In this document: piece by piece, positions 10,925 through 24,479 of the stretch
How positions within the stretch are numbered: position 1 is the stretch's first letter
Layout: each line of letters starts with the position of its first letter
DNA from: Octopus vulgaris
Taxonomy: Eukaryota
DNA length: 64,000 bases
Reading direction: 5' to 3'
Assembly (NCBI GenBank): GCA_951406725.2
Contig: OX597828.1
Location: forward strand, 75,082,001-75,146,000
Program-made: the position numbers and the translations under genes
The notes under the pieces: model-generated
What the model saw: only the letters and a program-made list of their open reading frames with translations
Told to the model about the DNA's origin: nothing
Databases searched by the model: none

Positions 10925-11905
10925 GGTGGTGGTGAACTGGCAGAATCGTTAGCTTGCAGAGCAAAAAGTACTAAGTGGCATTTCGTCCGTCCTTGCGTTC
11001 TGAGTTCAAATTCCGCTGAGGTCCTTTCAAGGCTGAAAAAGTAAGCACTCGCTGAACACTGGAGTCATTGTAAGGGAGCAAGCTGGCAGAATTGTTAGCA
11101 CCCCAGGCGAAATGCTTAGCGGTATTTCGTCTGCCGCTACATTCTGAGTTCAAATTCTGCCAAGGTCGACTTTGCCTTTTGTCCTTTCGGGGTCGATTAA
11201 ATAAGTACCAGTTACGCACTGGGGTTGATATAATCAATTTAATCCGTTTGTCTGTCCTTGTTTGTCCCCTCTGTGTGTAGCCCCTTGTGGGCAGTAAAGA
11301 AATCAGAATTGTTAACATGCGAGGCAAAATGCCAAGTGGTAGTTCACCTGTCTTTATGTTCTGAGTTCAAATTTTTCTGAGGTCAACTTTGCCTTTCACC
11401 TTTCTGAGGTCAATAAAACAGATACTAGTTAAACAACGGGGTCAATATAATTGACTAGTACCCCTCCCCTAGAATTTCTAGCCTTGTGCCAAAATATGAA
11501 ACCAAAATTGTAATGGGATGAGCTGGCAGAATTCTTAGCATGCTGGGGAAAATGCTTCGGAGCATTTTGTCTGTCTTTATGTTCTGAGTTCAAATTCTGC
11601 CAAGGTCAGCTTTACCTTTCATCCTTTGGGGGCTGATAAAATAAGTACCAGTTGTATAATGTGGTCAATGTAATCCTCAAACCCCCTTCCCCATCAAAAT
11701 TTTAAGCTGTGTGCCTATAGCAGAAAGGATTATTATTATTATTATTATTATTATTCTTTTCTATTCTAGGCACAAGGCCCGAAATTTTTTAGGGGAGGGG
11801 GCCAGTCGATTAGATTGACCCCAATATGCAACTGGTACTTAATTCATAGACCCTGAAAGAATGAAAGACAAAGTCGACCTCAGCGGAATTTGAACTCAGA
11901 ATGTC
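10925..11905. mobile_element. Cluster of five SINE family B copies (tRNA head + Deu/Nin-like domain); four plus, one minus
   Basis: Repeated gagctggcagaa...ttctgagttcaaatt...gcctttcatcctttcggggtcgataa..aagtaccag; copies at ~10925, 11073, 11305, 11517 (+) and 11755-11905 (-). Confidence 0.85.
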
Positions 11906-11999
11906 AAAAATAGCAGAAAGTATTATTATAGTTATTACAACCATAAATATCTGGGAGATGATATTACCTTTTAGTTACTTCTCTAAATCTATTCTTTTA

Positions 12000-12312
12000 T
12001 TCTTTTCTTTTCTTTTGCTTCAGTCATTTCACAGCGGCCATGCTGGAGCCACACTTTTAGCCAAGTAAACTGACCTCAGGACCTATTCTACGTAAGCCTA
12101 GTAATTATTCTACTGGTCTCTTTTGCCAAACCACTAAGTTACGGGGACGTAAACACACCAGCATCGGTTGTCAAAGGATGTTGGAGATACAAACACAAAC
12201 ACACACACACACATATATATGATGGGCTTCTTTCAGTTTCCGTCTACTAAATCCACTCACAAGGCTTTGGTTGGCCCGAGGCTATAGTAGAAGACACCTG
12301 CCCAAGGTGCCG
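12000..12312 (-). mobile_element. SINE family A, 5'-truncated
   Basis: Reverse-complement match to family A. Confidence 0.8.
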
Positions 12313-12579
12313 TTCAATATTCAAATATATTTTCCATCACTAAATCTGTGTGGATTTCCACTTCTGTACATATGTGGTGAATACCTCAAAATATTTCATA
12401 TCTGCAACTATTTCGTATTATGCTATATTATTACATATATAATATTATATTATGATATTACTATTATATATAAAAATTATATTATATAATATTAATTATA
12501 TAGCTACCAATGGCTGATAGGAATTATGTTGATGGTTGTCTATCCATCCGTCTGCCTGTCTATGTATTTGTTGTTTCTT

Positions 12580-12651
<72 letters not shown>

Positions 12652-12654
12652 GTT

Positions 12655-12860
12655 AATCCAAACATGAAAACACAAAGAGAAAACACAACAACGCGAGGAC
12701 GTGGAACAAGTATAGTGTTATTGGACGCTGAGGAAAGGAAAGAAAGAAGGAGGACTTAACGTTTCGAGCGGAGCTCTTCGTCAGAAACATAGAGAAAGAA
12801 AGGTCCAAGGAAGGGAAGACGGAGAAAGAAAATCCCCAACGATACACATGTGGTCACATA
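12655..12860 (-). mobile_element. Penelope-type pseudo-LTR fragment
   Basis: Carries a minimal hammerhead core, the established hallmark of Penelope LTRs; inserted within (CTAT)n. Confidence 0.6.
12754..12788 (-). ncRNA. Minimal type I hammerhead ribozyme motif
   Basis: Minus strand GUUU-CUGACGA-A-GAGC-UCC-GCUC-GAAA-CG-UU-AAGU: conserved core, 4-bp stem II, palindromic stem III. Confidence 0.65.
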
Positions 12861-13679
12861 TCTATCTATCTGCCTGTCTGTCTGTCCATCCATCCATCCA
12901 TCCATCCGTCCATCTCTCTCCCTCCTCTCTAAATATTTCTCTCACTCTATCTCTCTCTCTATCTGTGTGTGCACGTGTGTATGTCTGACTGTCGGTCTAT
13001 GTGTACGTGTGATCACATTTGTATTCCATATTTGAGTATATTTTACATAACGAGCTACTAGTCGAACCGTATAACGAAACTCTGAAAGAAATTACATTGC
13101 ATCAGTGCCATATAAGACAATCATTCCCATTATGCGTGTGTGAATATATGTCTACCTACGTATGTGGTCAGTCTTTTGAATATATTTTACATAATGAACA
13201 ATTATTTACTTCGACCATTCTCTCCAAAGACGCTAGAATGTGCTCAAATATGCAAACACATTGTATTGCTTCTTTATGTATAAACTCTATTTATATTGCA
13301 TTTCATTTCCCGTCGAACTGCTTTCTCTTTTTTTTTTTTGTATATTTTGTATAAACCGTAGCAAGTTTAGCATATATAACTTGCTTAAAAAGTAAAATTT
13401 TCCAAAAGGTGACAAATAAAATGATTTCTCATGATTTTGCTTCGTAAATCATTGATAGAAAATTTAGACTTGTTAGCTTCAGTAGTTTCTGTAATATCAG
13501 AAGAGACACTCACCAAATCAATCAAATAAGCAATCATGCAAACAAACAGGTAAAGAACAGAGGCACTGAATTATTGGCTGGTTGGATATGCTGCGACTGA
13601 AGCAGTAGATTAAAAAAATAAGTGACAGTGTTATGCTTGACCTTTGACACACACACAGTCGTGTGTGTATATAAATATT

Positions 13680-14047
13680 CTTTTATTCTTTTACTTGTTT
13701 CAGTCATTTGACTGTGGCCATGCTGGAGTACCACCTTTAGTTGAGCAAATCAACTCAAGGACTTATTCTTTGTAAGCATAGTACTTATTCTATTGGTCTC
13801 TTTTGCTGAACTGCTAAGTTACAGGGACATAAACACACCAGCATCGGTTGTCAAGCGATGACGGGGTGGGGGGTGTTGACAAACACAGACACACAAACAT
13901 ACACAAATGGCTCCTTTCAGTTTCTGTCTCCCAAATTCACTCACAAGGCTTTGGTTGGCCCAAGGCTCTTGCCCAAGGTGCCACGCAGAGGGACTGAACC
14001 AGGAACCATGTGGTTGGTAAGCAAGCTACTTACCACACAGCCACTCC

Positions 14048-14049
<2 letters not shown>
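13680..14049 (-). mobile_element. SINE family A
   Basis: Near-full reverse-complement copy. Confidence 0.85.
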
Positions 14050-14112
<63 letters not shown>

Positions 14113-14589
14113 GAAGGTTTGAAAATGCAATTTTAAAGATGTTTATTCACTTGACTGGTTTCATTTTTTGAAAAAAGATTGTCAAAAGTAAAATGTAAAG
14201 CTTTGTATAAGTTCTGGTCGTCACAAAAGTATTAAAATACATATATATATATTCTTTGATAATAATAATAAGATGTTAAAAACAGTTTACAAGAAGGTAT
14301 TCAGGAAAATATTCAACAAAAAGTATTAGGAGTTCAATAAAAATCATGTTTGTTTGGTAGTATATATATATACACAGAGTTTACAAAGAATTTGAGAGGA
14401 ACCAACCGGTTTTCCTAGCATTTTTTATTTTGTGTGTAGCTAAGGATTGTTTGCTATTTTAAGGGACAGTGTGGAAGGTTGGTTGGGATGGGGGGGAGGA
14501 AGAGCAATGTGAAATTAAAAGGAATTTTTGTTTCTGGGTTAGTCTGTGATGGTTCAGTAGTTTTTGGGAATGGTCTTAGAGGTCAGAAA

Positions 14590-15395
14590 GGTGTGAGTGT
14601 GTGTGTGTGTCTCTGTGCACGTCTCTATGTGTGTGTGTATATACATGTGTTTGTGTATGTGGGCCGTTTTTTAATTGGTTCCAGAGTTTATTGTGGTGTG
14701 TATAAATGGGTCTATGTATGTTTCATATTTGGTAGGATGGTGTGTGTATATGTGTGCACGTTTGTGTGTTCATGTATGTGTGTGATTAATATTTGTTAGG
14801 GTGTTGTGTGTGTGTATGTGTTTGTTCCCGTATGTGTATGTGTGTGTCTGTGGGTGCATGTGTATGTGTGTTTTTGTATTGGTGGGGATGTTCTGTGTGT
14901 GTACGTGAGTGTGTGTGTACATGTGTATATATTTGTGTTTGTTCATGTGTGTGTATGTGTGCATCTATGTGTGTGTATGTTTGTGTGTTTTGCATTGGTG
15001 GGGATGTTGTGTGTGTGTGCATGAGCGTGTGTGTATTTGAGTGTGTGTGAGGGTGCATATGTATGTGTGTGTCTGTCTGTGTGTGTGTGTGAGGGTGCGT
15101 GTAGGTATGTGTGGGTGTGTATATGTGTGTGAGTGTGTTGTTTTTATCAGGGGTTCTGTGTGTATCCATGTGTGTTGGGTTTTTCTGGGTGGTGTGTATG
15201 TATGAGCATGTGCGTTTTGCATATGTTGGTATTGAGTATGCGTTTGTGTGCGTGTGTATATATGTGGGTATGGTTTATGTAGTTTCCGAGTGTGTGTGTG
15301 CTGCATTTGTGAGTGATTTGTTTTGTTTGTATTGTTAGTGCAGTGTGTGTGTATATGGGTGAGTGTGCTTGTGTGGGTTTGTCTATGTGTCTTGT
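14590..15395. repeat. Degenerate (TG)-rich low-complexity tract
   Basis: Direct inspection. Confidence 0.85.
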
Positions 15396-15429
15396 ATTAC
15401 CCAGATTATAGGACGTTGTTAAACACCAC

Positions 15430-15665
15430 TGATCACAATGCGCTTCTTTGCATTGTTGTGGATTTTGCAGGATGCCATCATGCTGGCTAGGCAGGCCAAC
15501 ATTCCTTCTGAATGGGAGTTAGTCCATCGCATTTATAACTGGAGTGTATTACAGCATTGTAAAATGAAATGTTCTGCTTAAAGGCACAATGCACTGCTCG
15601 TCTGGGAATTGAAACTGTGGTCTTGTGATAGTGAGTGCGGTACTCTAACCACTAGGCCATGTACT
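15430..15665 (-). mobile_element. Older tRNA-derived SINE (third family)
   Basis: Minus head catggcctagtggttagag...gtttcaattcccag has Pol III A/B boxes. Confidence 0.55.
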
Positions 15666-16354
15666 TACACACAAACACACACACATACACATGCATGTAT
15701 ATTATATGTATATTTTTGCATATATATATAAACCCTGCAAACTTAAAAGTCATTATAACATTGTATGAAATGTTTTGTAATCTTATTCTGGTCCGCAAAC
15801 ACACACAGATAACACAATAGACACATAAAACACATATTCAACCAACTTCTGGGAGAGACAAAGGTAGATCTCTCTCTCTCTCTCTATCTATCTACATATC
15901 TATCCACGTTTCCATCTATCCTTCCATCTACCTATTTATCTACCTATTTATCTATCTATCTATCTATCTCTATATCTATCTATCTATCTATCTCTATATC
16001 TATCTATCTATCTATCTACCTACTACCTACCTATCTACCTACCTACCTACCTACTTATCCATCCATCTGTATGTCTATCTATGATCCTGCCTATCTCTCT
16101 ATCTACCTGTCTCTCTATTTACAGGTGATGAGTATGTGTGTGCGCGCATGTCTGTGTGTGTGTGCCTGTCTGTGTGTGTGTCTAACATGTACATGTAGTT
16201 GTTGCATCCATCCAGAGACACACCACATTTGTACATGGAAAAGAAAAATGGAAGAAGAAAACCACAAAACACTTTATTATCCATTACAGAATTGGTGGAA
16301 ACGAAACACAACAAAGCAGATTGCATTAAATGAGACCGAAATGAAAATGAATAA

Positions 16355-16389
16355 ACATACATATACATTATATGTATATACATACGTAC

Positions 16390-16432
<43 letters not shown>

Positions 16433-16515
16433 CATGCATATACATATACATATATATATATACACATACATATATATATATATATACACATACATACATA
16501 TATATATATATATAC

Positions 16516-16546
<31 letters not shown>

Positions 16547-16703
16547 CACATACATACATATATATATATATACACACACATATATATATATATACACACA
16601 CATATATATATATATACACACATACATATATATATATATATACATACATATATATATATACACATACATACATATATATATATACATACATATATATATA
16701 TAC

Positions 16704-16766
<63 letters not shown>

Positions 16767-16826
16767 TACACATACATATATATATATATACACATACATA
16801 CATACACATATATATATATATATATA

Positions 16827-16858
<32 letters not shown>

Positions 16859-16886
16859 CATACATACATATACATTCATACATACA

Positions 16887-16918
<32 letters not shown>

Positions 16919-17060
16919 CATATATATACATACATACATACATATATATACATACATACATATATATACATACATACAAACATACATACATATATACATA
17001 CATATATATACATACATACATACATACATATAAACATATATATATATATATATACATACA

Positions 17061-17101
<41 letters not shown>

Positions 17102-17190
17102 ACATATATATATTCATATATATACACATATATACATACATCTATGTATATACATATATACATACATACACATACACATATATATGTAGT
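16355..17190. repeat. Compound (TA)n/(TACA)n microsatellite array
   Basis: Direct inspection; source of the Y/I/H/T-rich ORFs. Confidence 0.95.
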
Positions 17191-17648
17191 GCACCTGAGC
17201 ACTGTACACAATTATTATTATTATATATATATAGATACAGATCATTCTTATATATGCATACATGTGTTTGTGTATGTGTGTGTATAGAAAGAGAGAGTGA
17301 GAGAGATCTGGATATGTAGACTATAACAGACACATATCTCTCGCTTTCTCTCTCTCTCTCTCTCCACACACACACACGTATACATTTTTGTATGTGCATT
17401 TATATATATATGTAGATACACACATATATAGACATCACAAATCCATGTATATATATATCTATGTATATAAATAGGTGTGTGTATACATACATATATATAT
17501 ATACACAAACATGCATGCATGCATAGACATACATAAACAATTGTACACACAGACACACATGTAGCAAATAAGAAAAGAAATAATTGTGATAAGACTAGGA
17601 CAGCAAAATGAAATGAAAATGGTGTGAGAAATAAGCACACACACTAAC

Positions 17649-17707
<59 letters not shown>

Positions 17708-17725
17708 CGTAAACAGCATACACAT

Positions 17726-17771
<46 letters not shown>

Positions 17772-18407
17772 TTTGAGAGAGGGAGAGAGATTGAGAGAGA
17801 GAAGCAGATATGAAAAACGTTCACACAAACCTCTAGAATAAGAAGATAAAATATTGTCACAGCAAGGAAATAATTAAGAATCTAACAGTAAATAAATAAA
17901 CAAACAAACTCTCCCCCCCTCCCCGCCACATGGTGAAAAAATAAACAATTCAATAGACAACGGAGATTGCAAATAAATAAATAAATAAAGTCAAGAACAA
18001 CAAGAAAAAAAAAACATAGAAAAAGAAGGAAAGAGAGGAGGAGAGATTTGCAATAAAGACAGAAAAAATATATTTAGCGCTTGGAAATTGTGTTGTGAAA
18101 GTTTGTAAAGTAATGGCAGCAGAATTCATATTGTGGTGAGAAAAACTAGAATGAGCATTGGTGCATTAATTTTTAAGAAATGGAAGAAAAAAGGAAGAAT
18201 GGAAGGCAGAGAGAAAATATGGAAATATGATTGAAATATCTACCTACCTACCTACATACCTATTTGTCAACCTATCAATCTATCTGTCTGTCTGTCAGTG
18301 TCTGTCTTCTCTCCATCCCTCTATCAATCTATCTCTGTATATTCTTATTTATCTATCAATCTAATCATTTGTCTATCTCACTGCCTGTCTATTTCTCTGT
18401 TTTTCTT

Positions 18408-18446
<39 letters not shown>

Positions 18447-18849
18447 GTCTTTTCTTTTGACCCCCTCTCTCTCTCCCTATCTGTTTCTCTACCTATCAAT
18501 CAATCTATATATCTGTTTCTCTCCTACCTACCTCTTCCTACCTGTCCATCTCTCTGCTCGTCTCTCTTTCACTTTATCTTATCAAATCTTTTAAATACTG
18601 GATTATACATTACAGTCCCAAATTTTGTGCAATATTTTCCTCAGCTATGATGGAGATAGGGTTTATCAGTAAACAGGAGATTCTGTAGGTATCACCTTAA
18701 CTACCTGTATGCCATAGTTTTGCTTGATTGAATCTCACCTGATGTCATTCAACAACTCCAACAACAAAATGAGCCAGACACATCTGAAACTTTGATAATG
18801 GCCACAAATTCTGTTTTTCCATCCCTAATAATAGTTCATGGTGACCCTC

Positions 18850-19290
18850 AAATCTTTAGGGTCTCTGAGCACATATTATCCAGTCAGTTGATGAGTCTGT
18901 ATAGAACTCTTCTAAGACCCACCCTGGAATATTGCTTAAATACCTGGGGCAGTGTTACTAATGTTGTACTTACACACACACACACACACCCACACACATA
19001 CACACACCAAAATATATTCTGTTGTGGTGGACAGGTCTTCTTCGGTACAGTATCTCCTTCGTAAGGTTCAGCATTTTAGGATTCGGCCCTCAATACTTCG
19101 TTCCATAGCTTCCTGGGTTTCCCTCTTCCTTAACGTCCCCCACTTTAAGAGATCAGCACTTCTTTATGCACCAGATCCCATTTGTCCATACCATGTGACC
19201 AAACCCTAACTCTTGCACACAGCATACCATTCCTCTCTCAATACACCAGTAATCTGTCAAGCATGCACATTGAGGGGAGTATACCAGTTG
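18850..19290 (+). mobile_element. CR1/L2/Jockey-group LINE remnants
   Basis: LMSLYRTLLRPTLEYCLNTW matches LYxxxxRPxLEY..W; LLRKVQHFRIRPSILRSIASW resembles the RT 'LLxKLxxxGI..LLxWI' motif. Confidence 0.6.
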
Positions 19291-19554
19291 CGCTTCTCTC
19301 AAGTCTCTGCTGGTTCTCTGCATTCAGGCTCCATGGCCTATGCCAGTGGTGTATAACCAGCCCACTTATGAGTAGCCTTCATTAATTGGACAATAAACTT
19401 TGCTTGCAAAGACCTATTGAGGCAAGTGAAATCAAAATCTCTGATGTGGCTGATGGCAGTACTGCCTGATTGGCACTTGTGCCAGTGGAACGTTAAAAGC
19501 ACCATCCGAGTGTGATCATTGTCAGGGCCACTGACTGGCCACTGACTCACACAT

Positions 19555-19900
19555 AGTTTCAGATGTATCCACTTCCACTACAGTTTCCAGCTCATCATTA
19601 TCCACCTTGGGCTCAGGTCTACCATGGGGCTGATTTTCAAGAGTAAAGTCAGCAGACCAGAACTTCTCAAACCATCGACGTACAGTGCCCTCATCCACCA
19701 CTTCTTCACCAGACACCTCATTGATGTTTCGAGCTATCTGGGATGCATTGGTTCCACAATGGAACTCATATTCATAAACAACACAAATTTTTTATCTATC
19801 CATGGGTTCACAAAAACTGATTAACAAGAGAAAACTCACAATATAACCAGATGCCATGAATTGCATTTCAAAAAGTGATGGTGTATCTCTTCAATGTTGC
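19555..19900 (-). mobile_element. mariner transposase N-terminal remnant
   Basis: YEYEFHCGTNASQIARNINEVSGEEVVDEGTVRRWFEKFWSADFTLENQPHGRP: mariner HTH plus GRP motif. Confidence 0.85.
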
Positions 19901-20009
19901 AAAACAAAGAATTGTCAGGATAAAACATTAGAGTTAATGACTGTCAAACTTGGTGCAGAAGAACATCGGACATTTCATTCTTCAAAACCTGATATATGTA
20001 TATATATGC

Positions 20010-20225
20010 GATTGAGAAGGTGAATCTCAGTGACCCTTTTTGTGTGCACAATTTGTGACAGACCCTGCCTTTCTTTTGCTGGGCTCATATCCCATTTACG
20101 AACCTATGGAAAACGAACCTCCACCAACTATTCTGCCTATATATCTGTGCACACCTTCCAATGCAATGCAAATCTAACGGAGGCCTCAAAAGACATCTTA
20201 AGATCCACAAAGATCAGAACTTAAC
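20010..20225 (+). mobile_element. RTE/BovB-like C-terminal C2H2 zinc-finger remnant
   Basis: FVCTICDRPCLSFAGLISHLRTY followed by a frameshifted second finger (KSNGGLKRHLKIH); no splice signals. Confidence 0.6.
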
Positions 20226-20377
20226 TGCAGCTCTTGCTGGTCCCAAAATTAGATAGGCAATCTCTGTGGGTGCCTTTTCAATAAATTGTCTGGTTTAAAA
20301 AGCCACATCAGATGCCATGATGGATCTAAGGTGTAGGTACAGGAGGTGGTCAGACTCTGCATAAGGAGTAGACAACA

Positions 20378-20429
<52 letters not shown>

Positions 20430-20430
<1 letters not shown>

Positions 20431-20855
20431 ACAGGCTGTCCTAAAAGTCACTGATGGGTTTGAATTTTTAATAACTCATTTGTAACTTTACAAATAAATG
20501 CATGAAATTTTGATATAATATAAAGGAAATAATGGAAATTAATCTGCACAAGTCAAATTTTACAATACTGTTACATCACATATGAAAAATGACTTAAATG
20601 GCAGCCATTTTCAGTATGGCATGCCTGTGCTCTTTGCAAAACTTGCACCATAACACCCTCAAGTGTTTCAGACCCCACTTCTTTGATTTCTCTATTGATG
20701 TTCTTATTCAGTTGCACCAGGGTCTCTTTCAGGTATCCCCACAAGAAAATATTTGGGCTGGTCAAGCCTGGGGAGCATGAAGGCCAGTTGACATTGGCAT
20801 AGTGGGAGATTATTCTCTCTTCAAAGGTGTCTTGCATTAGAGGGGAAACCATGCC
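20430..20855 (-). mobile_element. Tc1/mariner-superfamily transposase C-terminal remnant with terminal repeat
   Basis: WPSCSPGLTSPNIFLWGYLK matches WPPRSPDLxPxDFFLWGYLK; TA-CAGGCTGTCC terminus at 20430. Confidence 0.8.
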
Positions 20856-21609
20856 TAGCTCAAATGGAGGAGAGAGAGAGAGAGGAGAATGGGAAGATGG
20901 TGAAGGGGAAAGGGGTAGGGGTGAGCAGACCAAGGAGTGGAGAGGGTGGGTAGATTGGTGAATTCAGGATATTGTGAATGGAGAATGGTAGATGGAGAGG
21001 GGGTAATGCAATGAGTGGGTACAGGAAGAGAGAGGTGGGTATTAAGAGGATATGTTGTGCGGAAGAGAATCAGCGGTGACATATTGTGTTTAGGGTGGTA
21101 CACGAGGGAGAATGCAGCAGGAGGCGCAGGGGGGTTGGGAAGATGGGTTGTGTGGGATGTTTGTTGATGGAGTGGGGAAGATTGGGTACAAGGCTGGGGT
21201 GCATAGACATAAAGGACATGCTTTTATGGCCTTCAGTTTTGCATAGCTGGGTGGGTCTTCTCAAACACAGCAAATTGCTAACTGCTTTAGTATATAGTGT
21301 GTGTGTGTGTGCGTGCGTGTGTGTGTGAGTTGGTGTCTCCTTGTTTTGATATCACGTAACACACATACATAAATATTGCTTTCATACTGCAGTGCCTTTT
21401 GTTTCAGTTCTGTAAGAACATGTCTGGTCACAGGGAAATCTTACCTCACATGGAAAGAGGTGGGGTTCCCAACAGGAAGGGTACCAACACCAGGCCATAG
21501 AAAATCTGCCTTGGCAAATTCCATCCAAACCATTTCAACACAGGGAAGTCGATGTTAAAAACTGATGAAGATGACACATAGACACACAAACATGCATCAA
21601 TATGGATTT

Positions 21610-22066
21610 ATGGCTGCGTGGTAAGAAGTTTGCTTCCCAAGCACATGGTTCAAGGTTCAGTCCTACTGTGTGACAGCTGAGTCAAGTGCCTTCTACTTTA
21701 GCCACTGGCCTACAAAAGCCTTTTGGGTGGATTTAGGAGTTTAACTTAGTATTCTATTGTATCTTTTACTTGTTTCAGTCATTAGCCTTGTGAATGGATT
21801 TGGTAGATGGAAACTGAAAGACGCCCAGCATGCATGCGAGTGTATATGTGTGTATGCGTGTGTATGCGTGTGTGTGTTTGTGTGTCTTTCCCCCACCATT
21901 GTGTTTACATCCCTGTAACTTAGAAGTTTTGTGAAAGAAACTGATAGAATAAGTACCAAGCTTTAGACAAAATTACTGGGAGTGTCGTTTCATTCAACTA
22001 AGATTCTTCAAAGTGATGCCCCAGCATGGCCACAGTCTAATGACTGAAGCAAGTAAAATATAAAAG
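21610..22066 (+). mobile_element. SINE family A with internal rearrangement
   Basis: Head 21610, inverted tail fragment ~21760-21785, body and tail to 22066. Confidence 0.7.
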
Positions 22067-22133
22067 ACTCACACTCACACACACACTATGCATTCATACA
22101 TATACACAGTATTAAGTGTTAAACTATACAACA

Positions 22134-22455
22134 TTTGTAGTAAAGATTGTTTGCCAACATAACGTGGCAGTCCTGGTTTAGGACGAATGTTGCTGTAATT
22201 TAGCCCCAGGAGATATTGTCTCCAGCTGGCTATACGACACAATCTGTGTCCTTATATTTTCAAATAAGAGAATAACCAGGAAATCACGATTGTTTGAGCT
22301 GAGTGGGGGTGCTACATTCCCTTGTTTGAATATATAAGGACACAGATTGTGTTGAATAGTCAGTTGGAGACGATGCCTCCTGGGGCTAAATTACAGCAAC
22401 ATTCGTCCTAAACCAGAACTGACATGTTATGTTGGCAAACAATCTTTACTACAAA
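22134..22455. mobile_element. Fold-back MITE with ~135-bp inverted arms
   Basis: tttgtagtaaagattgtttgccaacataac... versus ...gttatgttggcaaacaatctttactacaaa. Confidence 0.85.
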
Positions 22456-22678
22456 GTACTGTTGCTGAATATCTTTCGTTGAACGATTTACAAATAGTAA
22501 TTTTCTAATATACAACATTTATACAATAAAAAGCCACATTTACAAATGGCAGAGACAACACAAGAGAAGGAGCCTATAAATGGTTGCTCCTTCGGTTAGA
22601 AATAACAGTTGAATCTTCTTCAAACCAATCCATTTTCTTTTAAAACTGGAAGAATACATGTGTCTGTAGGATGCTTTT

Positions 22679-23558
22679 AGGTGCAGGAGTGGCTGTGTGG
22701 TAAATAGCTTGCTTACCAACCACATGGTTCTGGGTTCAGTCCCACTGCATGGCACCTTGGACAAGTGTCTTCTCCTATAGTCTCGGGTTGACCAAGGCCT
22801 TCTGAGTGGATTTAGTTGGCAGAAACTGAAAGAAGCCCCTTGTATGTATGTATGTATGTATGTATCTATATATATATATATATATGTATATGTTTGTGTT
22901 TGTCCTCTTCACCCTCGCTTCACAACCGATGTTGGTGTGTTTACATCCCTGTAACTTAGTGGTTCAGCAAAAGAGACCTATAGAATAAGTAATAGGCTTA
23001 CAAAGAATAAGTCCTGGAGGTCAATTTGTTCGATTAAAAGCAGTGCTCCAGCTTGCCTGCAATCAAATGACTGAAACAGGTAAAAGAATACATTATGCAT
23101 TAAAGAAAGGCTGGATAGTCATGTCTAGAACGCCTGTGATCATAAATCTGCTCAATCTAACTTTGTTATTTTGTTCTGTCTTTTACTCATTTCCGTCATT
23201 AGACTGTGGCCATGTTGGGGCAGCATCTTAAAGAATGTTTAGTTGAACAAATTGGCCCTGGGTCTTGATATTTTTTAAAACTTGGTACTTCTTCGATCAG
23301 TCTCTTTTGTTGTTACAGGGGTGGAAACAGACCAACACCGGTTATCAAGTGGTGGTGGTGGTGGTTGTGGTGGGGACACACACACACACACACACACACA
23401 TACACACGACAGGCTTCTTTCAGTTTCCATTGACCAAATCTACTCACAAGTGTCTTCTGTAATAGAAGACATTTACACAAGGTGCCGCACGGTTGGGACT
23501 GAACTCAGAACCGCATGGTTGAGAAGAAGGCTTCTTACCACACAGCCATGTTTGCACC
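22679..23558. mobile_element. Tail-to-tail pair of SINE family A copies (+22679-23090; -23183-23558)
   Basis: Family A heads at both outer ends. Confidence 0.8.
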
Positions 23559-24479
23559 TATTGCTGATAATTATTTTCTTTTTCTTTTACTCTGTGAATG
23601 TAAAACAACAACAACAACAACAACAACGATGACAACAGCAACAATAATAAATGCTTCGATTCTGCAGACTCTCTCAGCTTTGTTCTGATAAAATGGCAAC
23701 ATATACATATATTTCATATGCTACTGTTGTTATTGACATTATTATTGTTATTATTATTATTATTATTATTATTGTCAAATAAATACATAAATAATATATA
23801 AAGAATATTAAACAATAAAAAACAGCAAGCAGTAGAAACCACCACTGTTGTAACGACAACTTTTACTTCATCATTATTGTTATTATTATTATTATTATTA
23901 TTACTTCCTTACTTTATACAATAAACTTGATGAAAATATCATAGCAAATTCTTATTCATTTCAATAATGGTAAAAATGTAATACCGTCAAAAATGTGTAT
24001 TTGCGTGTGTATTTGTGTGTGTGTGTATTTGTGTGTGTGTATGTGTGTGTGTGTGTGTGTGTGTGTAAACTACCAAACACTCATGCTCTAAAATATATTT
24101 ATCTTATTTTTTTTATCTTGAATTAATAATATAATCAATGTAGGTGTGTGATTAACACGCACATTCCATATTTACTTTAGCATATTGTAAAGCATGCATA
24201 TCACACACTCACACACTCACACACATGCACTCACACACACACACACACACATATACATTTGTACATATACGCAAGTAAATATGCTGATGCATTGATATAT
24301 GTGGATTCACACACACACAAACTCATATGTTTGTACAGACACACACACATACATACACACACACATATATGAATTCACACAAATATATATACATAAACAA
24401 ATGAACCGTATATATCTTTAGACATAATATGTATATATAATGTGTATGTGTATATGTGTATATATTATAGGTAAATTTA

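Noticed and set aside
20030-20224. Host C2H2 zinc-finger gene
   Set aside because: Degenerate, frameshifted fingers without TGEKP linkers; fits an RTE C-terminus.
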